In this document: one piece after another, positions 37,060 through 49,668 of the stretch
Layout of the letters: every line of letters begins with the position of its first letter
Position numbering within the stretch: position 1 is the stretch's first letter
NCBI RefSeq assembly: GCF_006345805.1
Contig: NC_043004.1
Span: 67,394,001 to 67,458,000 of the forward strand
Length of the DNA: 64,000 nucleotides
Source: Octopus sinensis
Taxonomy: Eukaryota
Direction of reading: 5' to 3'
Notes under the pieces: generated by a model
Database searches by the model: none
What the model was told of the DNA's origin: nothing
Seen by the model: the letters and a program-made list of their open reading frames with translations, nothing else
Translations under genes and position numbers: made by a program

Positions 37060-37500
37060 CTCTTTTACGTGTTTCACTCATTTGACTCTGGCCATGCTGG
37101 AGCACCGCAAATCAACCCCAGGAAGTATTCTTTGTAAGCCTAGTACTTATTGTATTTCTCTCTTTTGTCGAACCGCTAAGTTACAGGGGACGTAAGCACA
37201 CCAACATCCGTTGTCAAATGATGTTGGGGGGGTGCACAGACACACAAACATACACACCCACACACATGCACATATATATATCTACATCAATTATTATCAT
37301 CATATTATCATCAATTGTGAGTGGATTTGGTTGATGGAAACTGAAAGAAGCTCCTCGTATATATATAACGACGGGCTTCGTTCAGTTTAGTCGGCTCGAG
37401 GCTATAGTAGAAGACACTTGCCCAAGGTGCGACGCAGTGGGTCTGAACCCGGAACTATGTAGTTCGTAAGCAAGTTAATTACCACACAGCCACTCCTACT
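37060..37500 (-). mobile_element. SINE family C with internal inversion
   Basis: Collinear with 38510-38998 except ~37316-37358, which is in + orientation. Confidence 0.85.
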
Positions 37501-37559
37501 TTATTTAATGTAGCTCCAGTCTACTTCGCTTGAAACAATGAGTACTCCTGTAAAGCAAA

Positions 37560-37914
37560 ATGTTGTTTCATGTCCGAACGTTGCAATTCAATGGTAAAAG
37601 AAAGAAAATGATGACACTACCATTTTTACTCGATATAACCAGCTCTGTTTCGAATGGTTCACACGTGGCAGGCAGTTGTTCTTGCGGAATCGAACCCCAT
37701 TTCTGGCACAGTTTTTCTTTCAGTGTGTCGAGCGAAACATGAGAAAAGCTCGAGACCCTCGCCTCCAAAATGGACCAAACCGAAAAATCCTCTCATATGA
37801 AACAAAAAGACACATTACGTTTTTATAATGATGCATAATTCTCATATCTTATCACATTTATTGTTAGTTATTAAGCCCAAAACTTCGGTTTCCTTAACTT
37901 CGGAACACCCTGTA
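37560..37914 (-). mobile_element. Tc1/mariner-superfamily (DD37D/maT-like) remnant
   Basis: DFSVWSILEARVSSFSHVSLDTLKEKLCQKWGSIPQEQL resembles a transposase C-terminus; terminus reads TA-CAGGGTGTTCCG on the minus strand at 37914. Confidence 0.75.
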
Positions 37915-38509
37915 GACAAATTTATCTTCACTCATAATCAACAGAACTTCATTCTACATTGCGTTGTTCAGGTATTAGAATAACATATTCTTGCACCTAA
38001 TGAGAATTTAGCTGCCATCTCTAGCAGGTCACTTGAACATGAATACAGGAATTACTCGTATAATAAAATTGTGCATCGTGCTACAAAGAGAGTAAATCGT
38101 TAACTAAGAATCTCAAATATCTAATTACATTTTCTTATGTAATTCGGGTTTACAAGAGCTAATTTCGCAAGAATACATCCTGCACGTTAAAGTGGCTCAT
38201 TTTCGATCTTCTAACAGCTTTAGATGTTTCGTATCTAAATAATCAATAACTTTGCTATTGATCACCATTGTAATCATTATATTTGAAGTAATGACAAAGC
38301 GACGTAAAGAAATAAATGCTAAAGCACCGTTAAAACACTATGACGAAGAATTTTCGTTGTGACTGGCGGCAGCTTTTCCCTTGTATATTTTCAGCAACTC
38401 GTGATGTACACATTTCCCGTTTCACCGCAAATGATGTGTTTGATGTTGATAGTAATAGAAAAATGTGCGAGATAAAATTACAATACTAAGATTGAACGGA
38501 ACAAGAATA

Positions 38510-38737
38510 CTCTCTTTACTTTTACTCTTTACTTGTTTAAGTACTTTGACTGCGGTCATGCTGGAGCACCGCCTTTAGTCGAGCAAATCGACCCGAGGAC
38601 TTATTCTTTGTAAGCCTAGTACTTATTCTATAGGTTTCTTTTGCCGCGCCGCTATGTTACAGGGACGCAAACACACCAGCATCAGTTGTCAAGCGATGTT
38701 GGGGAGACAAACACGGACACACAAGCACATACACACA

Positions 38738-38834
<97 letters not shown>

Positions 38835-38998
38835 TACGATGTGCTTCTTTCAGTTTCCGTCTACCAAATCCACTCACAAAGCTTTGGTCGGTCCGGGGCT
38901 ATAGTAGAAAATCACTTGCTCAAGGTGCCACGCAGTGGGAATGAACCCGTAACCATGCTGTTGGTAAGCAAGCTACTTACCACACAGCCACTCTGCGA
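38510..38998 (-). mobile_element. SINE family C, best-preserved full-length copy
   Basis: tRNA-like head, CORE-like GGCACCTTGAGCAAGTG, internal (AT)/(GT) microsatellite, ~190-bp tail ending in (AAAAGT/AAAGAG)-type repeats. Confidence 0.9.
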
Positions 38999-39422
38999 CT
39001 AAAATTTCAGATTCAATCAAAGCATAAGGTGAGTTGATGGTAATATTAGAGTGGTGTACTGGCTGACGTGTTAGCAAACCGTGTAAAATGCTTAATAGCG
39101 TTTCATTCGTCTTTAAGTTCTGCGTTCAAATTCCGCCCAGATCCGCATTACCTTACACCCGTTTTTGAGTCGATGAAAGAAGTGCCTACTTAAACAGTAG
39201 GCTCAGATTAGCGATCGAATTATCATTGAATGCATCCGAATGCAAAATACAGCATTAAGTTACACCGCTTGTAAGATAAAGTACGAAGAAAACATGTGTA
39301 TATTAATAGATGGTCTGTAGAGATTAACGTAGTTCAAGGTCTTGTCTCCCATCTCTTGTCAGCTGGGCTACTATATATTTCTGGTAATACGACGTGGTTT
39401 TCACGCAATTATGTCTATGATA

Positions 39423-39809
39423 GTAGGAGCACTCCGTCGGTTGCGACGATGAGGGTCCCAGCTGATACTTTCAACGGAACATCTTGCTCGTGATATTAAC
39501 GTGCAAGTGGCTGAGCACTCCACAGACACGTGTACCCTTAACGTAGTTCTCGAGGAGATTCAGCGTGACACACAGAATGTGACAAGGCTGGCCCTTTGAA
39601 ATACAGGTACAAGCGAAACAGGAAGAAAGAGCGAGAGAAAGTTGTGGTGAAATAGTACAGCAGGGTTCACCACCACCCCCTGCCGGAGCCTCGTGGAACT
39701 TTAGGTGTTTTCGCTCAATAAACACTCACAATGCCCGGTCTGGGAATCGAAACCGCGATCCTCCGACCGCGAGTCCGCTGCCCTAACCACTGGGCCATTG
39801 CGCCTCCAC
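39423..39809 (-). mobile_element. tRNA-derived SINE, head A + tail X, with 13-bp target-site duplication
   Basis: TATGTCTATGATA at 39410-39422 and 39810-39822; A box TGGCCCAGTGG, B box GGTTTCGATTCCC. Confidence 0.92.
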
Positions 39810-39960
39810 TATGTCTATGATACAATGAAAATGGCAAGAAAACGCGCATTATGCAACTCGTTCTCGATCCGATTTTGATACTTGTATAAGACTGCGGTTT
39901 CCCGTCTAGAGTGTGATCATCACTATGGATGGTGTCTCAGAATAAAAAAAAAAGAAGCAC

Positions 39961-40162
39961 AAAGGGGTGCTGAAAAGTTCTCGGCTTTTAGGTGTCGCGA
40001 AAGGCCTGGTTGGAGGCCCAATATTTTGAGTTCAGGTAAAACAGAAGAACCGGTGCCATACGAGTGTGAATTTGAGAGAGGAATATGTAGAATAAAATCA
40101 TAATTATCTGATTCTCCTTTCTTTTCTGTTACCCAAAGTCATGAACTTTTCAGCACCCCTTT
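39961..40162 (+). mobile_element. Mariner-derived MITE
   Basis: Perfect 20-bp TIR AAAGGGGTGCTGAAAAGTTC (39961-80 / 40143-62); interior retains a transposase C-terminus-like stretch (..CVNLREEYVE*). Confidence 0.85.
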
Positions 40163-42241
40163 ATTTAAAATTCTCTTCAGAATAAAATTATTAACTTTAA
40201 AAAAATATTGTATTGAGCGCATCAAGAATTTTCTAATTCTAAAATACGGTATGTCGTTGAATTTTAAAAAAACAATCTCGGTATTACCAAATTAATATAT
40301 TTTTTTCTTTTGCAAATGTATTATTACTTTTTACAGGGATGCGACCATTATGGAAATACGTCCTTTAAGCTTAAGGCACAAAATGTTCGTAACCACTGAT
40401 GTAGCAGAAACATGATTACCTGAACATTCATGTACCATAGAATGAATTTAGAAAATATACCTTGCAGCATTTCAGTTCGGTGTCTGTTTACATTTCTACA
40501 TGAAATTGTTATGCATGCATTGCATTTGTAAAAGAAACGGTTTTACCTTGACCAAAAGTGTATTGTAACATCGTTACGTTGATTAACGTAAATAACATCA
40601 AGGTTTACAGTGAATTATCTTACTGAATACGGATTCCGATTCATTTCACTGTATTCTTTTGTTCGAAGAACGAGGGAATACTTAGGACATGACACCTGTG
40701 ATATGGATAATAACCACAACAATTACACAGACGTAGTAGTAATCTTTTGAATTATTTTTAATGCAGCTATGCTCAAATGCATTTAGGTTCGTTCATATCG
40801 TAAATGATTCGGAGATGCCCGGGAGTAAATTGTCGATACATATACCAACTATGAAATAAGAATAGCTCCAATGCGTTAGAAAAGGTGTCAACGGGAACTT
40901 AGCAGAGAACTGTATCACGGCTGGATAATCGAGGGGGAAATTAATATTCAAATAGTCGTATAGGTAGTTCATTGCTTTCATCTTATTTTTTTCATGAAGC
41001 GACTTTCAAAAATCCTTTCGCTGGACATTTATCGAAAGATAGTGGGATAGTTGCAAACACATTAATTCCTATTTTGAATGAGACAATATGTGCAATTATC
41101 CAATGCAATTCCTAGAGAGCTGTAACTGTTGTAGTTTCCCAATATATTTACCTTAAATTGGATATATTGTAAAGCTATTGCAAATTGATATGAAGTTAAT
41201 GGGCTTTGCAATGGAATAATAATTATAATGATAAATTTATATTAGAGCGTGGAAGAAGGCAATATTGTAACAGAATGTAAACATTACAGAAAATACATAA
41301 TTTGGCCAAGAATTAAAATCGTTACTTTCCCCACAAAAAAAATCTTATTCGTAAATCAAAAGCTATCAATAGCTTATTATGGCTGTCAGTTGATTCGATG
41401 CATATAACAGTCAACTCCTTTTCATATTACAAAATGCAGTCTTAAAATTAGAAAATAATTTGGGAATTGAGATAATCTTATATACAAAGACATTTAGACA
41501 TGATTAATGTTGGATCTGCTCAGTAATGTATTTAACAAATAGCACTAGCAACGAATAGAAATTCCTATTTTGAATATTCAGTACAAGCGAATATATAACG
41601 TATATATAAAACGTTTTGATTAATTTACTATTTCACATAAAGTAAGCACCTTTCTATATTCTTATTCAAACTAGTATATATATGCCATAAGAATTTACAA
41701 ACAGTGGGAGAAATTCAACAGTCAAATTAAGACATTTTCTATTTAAAAGTGGATTAACCTGCATTTTGAGCGGTATCGACTTCGAGGATTTCAGCTAAAA
41801 GTTCTATATGTTAGTCACTTGGTAGGGAAAGTTATTTATTGAGAAAATCACTTATCGATTTTAAGAAAGTGCTAGGTTTAGAGCGAGTTGCAGTCTTCAT
41901 AAATTTCGCAAACCTTGTCGCTCGCGAAAAATAATACCATTAATATTCGTATTTAAAAATTAAAGATTAACACCTGCATTGCCAAGCAAAGAATATTCAA
42001 GAGGGTCGATGTTCAGGAAAGAAATGGTTAGGCATAGAGAAAAGTTTAGGGCGTGGAGATGAACAAAGTAAATGTAGCGTGTGAAAGAAAGACAAAATCT
42101 TTAGTGGAATTCATAGAAGGCAACAGACGTCTGGGAAGCAGGGGGCTTTATGGGAGCGCCACCAGCGAACCAGAGGTCGGAATATTTATGGCAAACACAA
42201 GATAGAGAGCTGACACATATTCTTCGCGATATAGTTTGTAG

Positions 42242-42244
<3 letters not shown>

Positions 42245-42316
<72 letters not shown>

Positions 42317-42383
42317 TATAGATAGATAGAGAGAGAGAGAGAGATAGATAGATATATAGATAGACAGGCAGACAGATAGATAG

Positions 42384-42414
<31 letters not shown>

Positions 42415-42428
42415 GATAGATTGATAGA

Positions 42429-42474
<46 letters not shown>

Positions 42475-42547
42475 TATATATATATAATACATATATATAT
42501 ATATATTATATATATATATAATATATATGTATGTATAGATACAGATG

Positions 42548-42580
<33 letters not shown>

Positions 42581-42628
42581 CACAGATATTATATTTATAT
42601 ATATCTATATATACATACACAGATACAG

Positions 42629-42667
<39 letters not shown>

Positions 42668-42790
42668 TAGTATATATATATATTATATATATATACACAC
42701 ACACAGATATTATATTTATATATATATATCTATATATATATATACATACACAGATACAGATATGCATATATATATATACACACACACATA
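42245..42790. repeat. Compound (AT)n/(AGAT)n microsatellite with ~120-bp secondary duplication
   Basis: CACAGATATTATATTTATAT..CATACACAGATACAGATATG occurs twice (~42581 and ~42702). Confidence 0.9.
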
Positions 42791-43587
42791 AATGTATAGA
42801 GAGTGTAAGAGAGTTTTGTGTGTGTGTGAATGTGTGTATGCTCGTATGCGTGTGCCTCTGTGTGTGTGGTTCGTTTTCCGTCTTCGAGTATCAACAGTTG
42901 AATACATCGATATATATATATCAGTATATCAGTCTATTTTTCCTCATCACGTATGCATCTGTGTCACATAGACCAATATCGTTTGTTTACAATCCTTAAT
43001 CAATAACAGATTTACTAACCTATAGCTATTTTAAATGATATGTTTGGAGCACCACAGTAATTATATTTCCAATGCAAAGATAATATCTGCCAATATACAA
43101 AAATCCTACAGACAAATGCGATGTTGGCATTGTTCCAGAAGTAAGACATTTTATTAAGCATGGTTCGCTCCAATTATTTTCAGGAGCTATAAACACAGAT
43201 ACGAGTCTTCTGGTTTCCTTGTTGCTCTTTTATTCAACATGATTTATTTTATGTAGACATACATATAGAATTTCACTCACATACGCACACATGAATATAT
43301 GAGTATGTATATGCCTTTGTATACATGTATTTACGTATAAGTATATATAAACATATTGAGAGACAGGCAGTTGGAAAGATATACATACATGGATATATAT
43401 ATATGAGTATAGGGCTAGAGAGAGAGAGAGGCAAATCTCTGTGTGTGAGTACGTGATTTGTGAATGTATGCATGAATATATAAATACACATACATCGAGA
43501 AAGTATTTAAACATTTAGAGTATATAATGATATATTTGTACAGATGCATAATACTTACATATATATCTGTATATATATATATACAAG

Positions 43588-43619
<32 letters not shown>

Positions 43620-44389
43620 CATACATAGTTACATATGTAGATTTATCCATAAGCGCGTGTATTTATATATGTATGACTACACACGAGGCGCCCGCACACG
43701 CACATATGTATATATGTTCTGTACATACATGCATGTGTATAGAAATCATGCACTATATATATGTATAAGTGTACATAAATAAATTTATACCTTTATGGAT
43801 TTTTATGTATGCATATATAACTGTTTGTGTCTCTCTACGCGTGTTTGTGTACGGGTGCATATGTGCCTTTTTGTGTGAGTATTTATGTGTTTGTGTGTGT
43901 GTGTGTGTGCACAAATATACTTAATATGCCCTTGTACACTAGAATATGAAACGCAATTGCTAGGAGATTTTCCTCCGGAGAAAATGTTTTTCTCTATATT
44001 AACGTATCGCGAATCAAAAACACATCGAGATGAGGTTCAAATCATGTCGGACGAATACTAGATATGTGGCTTGGGCGTTATTTCGCCTCCTTTCTAATAG
44101 ATATATCCTCGGTCACTTGGTACTTAGCCGGAACTTTTCTTGCTATATATAGAAACAAGCAAACAAAATACTTGCTTGTGTGATCTGAGGTTTGGCAAGC
44201 TGGAAATAATTTATTATATGCACATAAACCACCGAACCTTAAAATAGAGTTGTGTACATTTAGATTTAGTGTACAGGAGCATGTTAATTGTGTATATAGT
44301 CAATATGTGTATCTTTTTTCGATCGTCTTTGCATTGTGCACTTATAATCTATGTATGTGTAGCAGTAGATGTATGCATGTCGGTATGCA

Positions 44390-44627
<238 letters not shown>

Positions 44628-44904
44628 GGTAGGGTCGTCGGTGACTAAACTGGCAACCCTACCAGACGTATTTTGAGACACTTTTACCCTGAAGTTCTCC
44701 GTTCAAATGGAGTCATTTTAAAGACATAGTATTTTGAAAAACGCAGAATAAATCAAAATCAGGGGAAGCGAAACTACCCGGAGATAAACGTGAAGTACAG
44801 ATATCGCTATTTCTCTGTTATTTCAACTCATCAAAGCCGCATAGTCGTTTGGCCCGTGAGCCATTTTCAAATAGCTATGTATATCAATGAAGCGATCTGG
44901 CAAC

Positions 44905-45080
44905 CAATTGGCATACCAGCCGAAATGCTTAGCGGCGTTCTGAGTTCACATTCCACTGAGGGGCACGTTGTTTTTCACTCTTCGGTGTCGATAAAACAAT
45001 TACCAGTTGAACGCTGGTGTCGATGTAATCGACTTATCCTCTCCCTCAAAATTGCTTGTTTTATGCCAAAATTTGAATCA
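44905..45080 (+). mobile_element. SINE family M, degraded
   Basis: CCGAAATGCTTAGCGGCGTTCTGAGTTCACATTCCACTGAGG..TCGATGTAATCGAC. Confidence 0.75.
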
Positions 45081-45464
45081 CAATATAGATATAGCGTAAT
45101 ATATATTTACCGTTGTGCTACAACACCACTCAGGTAAAACAACATCAAATTTTGAGTTAGAATCGCTTTGGAGTGTAAAAATTATCACTGTCACATTATT
45201 TAAGTATATGTGATCTTCAATGCCTTTTGGCTGTGATACTCTGTCCATAGAAAGTCCCTTTAAAGACGTAGCATGTCGTGCACATCGGCAGATAGATTTC
45301 TGATATCTGTATATATTTCGGGTCAGCGGCTGAATCGAGTATGTAATTCAATAGACACAGCAAAAAAAGTGTCTACCGAACCACATATGTAATATGTTTA
45401 TGACATCGATAACGTTTGCGTTATAGAACTGCAGACTTAAAATTTGTGTGCGTATGTGTGTTTT

Positions 45465-45476
45465 TGTGTGTGTGTG

Positions 45477-45556
<80 letters not shown>
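45465..45556. repeat. (GT)n microsatellite
   Basis: Directly visible. Confidence 0.97.
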
Positions 45557-45566
<10 letters not shown>

Positions 45567-46088
45567 TTCAGCGCAACATAACTCATACTGCTGGAAATAC
45601 TTCTGAAATTGCTTGACATTCTCATTAAATATCAGCTCACTGAATACGGCAAGTCTTTAACATTTTGGCATTCTAAATTCATTTGAAACCTCTATTAATA
45701 CCAGTGAGAGAGACGCTAAATATGGATTCATCGGTAATAATCATAGGCTACATGCTGTCAATTAAATGCTGTCCTTTGCATGCGTAGGAAGGTCGTTCAA
45801 TAAATCAGTATAAGTATGGCCACGTGGGTTAATTTTATAAGAAATAGGAACTTTCGTGGCTGATAGCTGTGACAGTGTAACTTTTTAATGGTTCATATAT
45901 ATTATGATTAGCAATAATTATAAAGGAATTCAGTTGCTGTACATATATGTATATGTGCTTGCTTACGTATGGGTATGAAAATGCGTATATTTGTGTGGTG
46001 TGCGCGCTTCTGCGCCTGACAGACAGAGCGAGATACAGAATGTGTGCGTTGTACACGCGGGTTTGTATTCATATGTAATCTCTCTCTA

Positions 46089-46124
<36 letters not shown>

Positions 46125-46635
46125 TGTATGTATGTATGTATATATGTATGTATTGATAGAAATGGTAAGACAACAAAAGAATGAAAGAGAACTCGATATT
46201 ACGTAAATAGAGGAATTTATCTGTAAATATAATAAGTGAAAATTATTCGGTAGCCAAGATAAAACTCCGAATTTCGGATGTCGGAGCGGAAACCCACGCC
46301 ACCATCTCTTCAGTTATCGGGCCATTGAAAAAAATGCTATGAAAATGACCGTTACACAAAGGGAAATTACTGTGTGATTGACCGTTATACACATATATAT
46401 ATAACTGATGTTCGTTTCTCAGGTCACTCAGTATGGCTGGATTAGCAGCTTTCCATTTCGGGGAGGGGGCCTTTGCCAGTTTCAGCATAAAATCTTCGGT
46501 TTCTATAATACAAATATGGTAGCAGAACCACTGCGCGGTTGAATACTTGTTCTGAGTGCAGCCCTCCTCTCTTCCGTTTCTCTGATCATTTGTCATTCTG
46601 AGTGCAGTGCTACAAAGTACAAATCATTACGCCAC

Positions 46636-47378
46636 AGTGGGTGATTATGAGAAAAATGCTCCAACATGCGTGTTCTAAGATAAACTTTTTCAACATCACC
46701 TCACGAATATCTTTCCGTCTCCTCATTAGTCGACCATATGACCAACTGTCAGATCATTTCAGAAAAATCTGTTCAGGAAATCTGGAAGCGGAAATGTCCT
46801 CTAAATGTCAAATAGTCTATATGATCATAGGCTTTGAAAATATTTTTCCAGAATGACTCCATTTCTCTTCAATAATGATGGGCGATTTTTGTCCCAAGCT
46901 TCTTTCAAACGACAAAAATAATCGCAGTAGAGCTTGGCGTTGTTATTCCCTTGCACTAGTGACAGGATTTACTCTGAATTCAGAGTCCAACTCTTCATAA
47001 TCGAGAACTTTTTATGATCCTTATTTAGCTCGTCGTCTAAGCTAAAGTTCCCACTTCAAAAACAGGAAAAGATACCTACTGCACCTTTTTTCATTTACTG
47101 CATCATTTCCATAAGTTCTCTGAATGGTTTTTGTTACTGCATTCGCATTGGGCTCTTTATGAATGCAGTAGAGTAAAGCGTGTCTAATGTGTTCTTTAAT
47201 TGGGACGAACTTTGGAGGTGATATCGAAAAAGTTTGGGAACAGTATTCTTTTAAACTGAAAGGAGAAAATATACATTATTCAATGTTACATTCAATGATT
47301 TATTACAAAAAGGCTTAAATAAATGTCATCTAAAATTTCATCTAGAAAATCGGACACAACTTTTCTTCTAGCCCACTA
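46636..47378 (-). mobile_element. Internally deleted mariner transposon
   Basis: Minus strand KEHIRHALLYCIHKEPNANAVTKTIQRTYGNDAVNE (HTH start) and NAKLYCDYFCRLKEAWDKNRPSLLKRNGVIL. 5' end TAGTGGGCTAGAAGAAAAGT at 47378; the left TIR is only weakly recognisable. Confidence 0.8.
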
Positions 47379-47401
47379 TGTGTGTGTGTGTGTGTGTGTG
47401 T

Positions 47402-47592
47402 GTACGCATCGGGAAAAGCGTGGCTGAAGGACAAAATTTTCAAGTCTTTATACAGGGTTTAGAAAAACTGAAGGACCGCTGCAATAAGTGTGTGAATCTG
47501 AAAGAGGAATATACTGAATAAAATCATAATTAACTGATCCTCCTATAATTTTTGTTACCCAAAACCCAAAAAAATCTTCGGCATATCCTCGT
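47402..47592 (+). mobile_element. Mariner-derived MITE, older copy of the 39961 family
   Basis: IQGLEKLKDRCNKCVNLKEEYTE*; shares GAATAAAATCATAATT..CTGAT..GTTACCCAAA with 40088-40137. Confidence 0.8.
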
Positions 47593-47639
47593 ATATACAC
47601 AATCATAATCATACATACTGTACGTAATATATTTTCGCA

Positions 47640-47983
47640 GTGAGGGCGCGTGGCTTAGTGGTTAGGGCATTCGGCTCATGATCGTAAGGTTGTGAGTTCG
47701 ATTCCCGGCGACGCGTTGTGTCCATGAGCAAGACACTTTATTTCACGTTGCTCCAGTCCACTCAGCTGGCAAAAATGAGTTGTACTTGTATTTCAAAGGG
47801 TCAGCCTTGTCACTCTCTGTGTCACGCTGATTATCCCCGAGAACTACGTTAAGAGTACACGTGTCTGTGGAATGCTCAGCTATTTGCGCGTTAATATCAC
47901 GAGCAAGCTGTTCCGTTGATCGTATCAGCTGGGACCCTCGTCGTCGTAACCGGCGGAGTCTTTAGAAAACAAAATATATATAT
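47640..47983 (+). mobile_element. tRNA-derived SINE, head B + tail X
   Basis: GTGGCTTAGTGGTTAGGG, GAGTTCGATTCCC, ..GGCAAAAATGAGT, then tail TGTACTTGTATTTCAAAGGG..GGGACCCTCGTCGTCG. Probable TSD ATATATTTTCG at 47627 and 47984. Confidence 0.9.
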
Positions 47984-48539
47984 ATATATTTTCGTAATAT
48001 ACAGTGGTATTTTATATTATTGCAGACATGGGGATACAGGTTTCTCGATCGCATACACGCGTAAATGCATTATTTTCAAGTCATGTAATCCTACAGTTAT
48101 TATCGTTTAAAAGGAATATAAGGTTTCATTTGTTAACTTGCTTTCCAAATTAATAACAATGTACGAGCCTGTATGTTTGTGATTCGTGCGTATATGTGTT
48201 TGTGTGTATGTGTATATGTAAGCATGTATCTATGTCTTTATATATTTGCATGTGTGTTGTGTAATTCAACGCCATATATGATCTTTAGGCTGGAGAGCCT
48301 GACAGTGTGGCTGAACACCTGAGTGTATGCAGAATCTTATTCAACATATTTGTTTATAATATACCTACATCCATGTTTAGTTTAGCAGATAATACTTTAA
48401 AAGAATAAAATGAAATATTAGAAAATAAAATAAAATAATTGCCATTTGAGACAAACATACACATCACATCCGTGGGCTTTCTTTGATTGTTCATGATTCC
48501 TATCATTTTATGTAAGTAATGTGGAGTATTGACAGAATC

Positions 48540-48900
48540 ATTGTGCCGGGAAGATACATAGTGACATCTTGTTCGTCTTTAAGATCTGAGTTGAAATTCC
48601 GTCGACCGAGCTTTGCTTTTTATTCTTTGACAGTTGAGCACAGGGGTTGATGCAATTGAGAAATTTGCATATACAAAATTTCTACCCTTGCGCTAGTAGC
48701 AGCAAGTATTATTTCTCTAAGGAAGAGAGCTAGCTGAACCGGTTGCACATCCGACGAAACTTCTCTCGGCATTTCGTCTATATTTTACGTACTGCGTTCA
48801 AATTCAGTCGTGATCAACTTTGCCTTTCGTCCTTTTGATGTACTAAATATTCGACTTACCCACCCCTCAAAAACTGCTATCGTGGTGCCAAAGTTTGCAG
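48540..48900 (+). mobile_element. Two degraded SINE family M copies
   Basis: CTGAGTTGAAATTCCGTCGAC (~48586) and CGTTCAAATTCAGTCGTGATCAACTTTGCCTTTCG (~48795). Confidence 0.7.
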
Positions 48901-49631
48901 TAATTATTTAGCGAGGATACTAAAAGTTTATAAGTTATATTTAACTTGCAAATAAATGTATATGAACTGGTGTAAGGATCTACATTTAATCTACTAAAGT
49001 CTATCCAGAGTTCATTTCTTTTTAAATATGCAACATTTAATACTTTGGAAGACAACTGTGGCTACCAGTTATATATACAGAAATTTCCACTAGATTTAAT
49101 GCACATTCTGATCAACATCGAATCTTAAATAACTTTAGTGGAATTTTGTTAGTGACCGAAGAATAAATTTCAGGACTTATAGCATATGTTAATATGAAAA
49201 TATTGTATTTGATCGCTTGCTCTATGATAAAAAGACTGCGCCTTCGCTTCATTTTCTTCTAGAACTTCTACAACTGCAGATTGAAAGTAAGAACGATACA
49301 CTGAAATCAATAGAACTGAAATACATTAAGCAACAGTGGGAATTCAGTTAATGGCAAGCAACGAAAGGTCGGTAAAGTTAACATGAGTGACGGGTGTATT
49401 AATTATGGTGGAATATATCTATTTTCAATGGCAATAGTTACTGTGTCATGATGGAATTCAGTTTGAATACATGATGTCAGAACAAGGTTATTTTAAAATA
49501 TTTACAATTCCTAAATTCCCAATATATTTCTCTGCAAAGATAAAATTCAGATATTTTGTATATACGTACATACATACAAACATATATTCATATACATATA
49601 TACGCACATACAACTACGTGTGCATATATAT

Positions 49632-49668
<37 letters not shown>

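Noticed and set aside
39735-39809. tRNA-like sequences (also 47645-47710 and 32605-32675)
   Set aside because: No complete cloverleaf acceptor stem or Pol III terminator, and they continue into repeat bodies. They are SINE heads, not tRNA genes.
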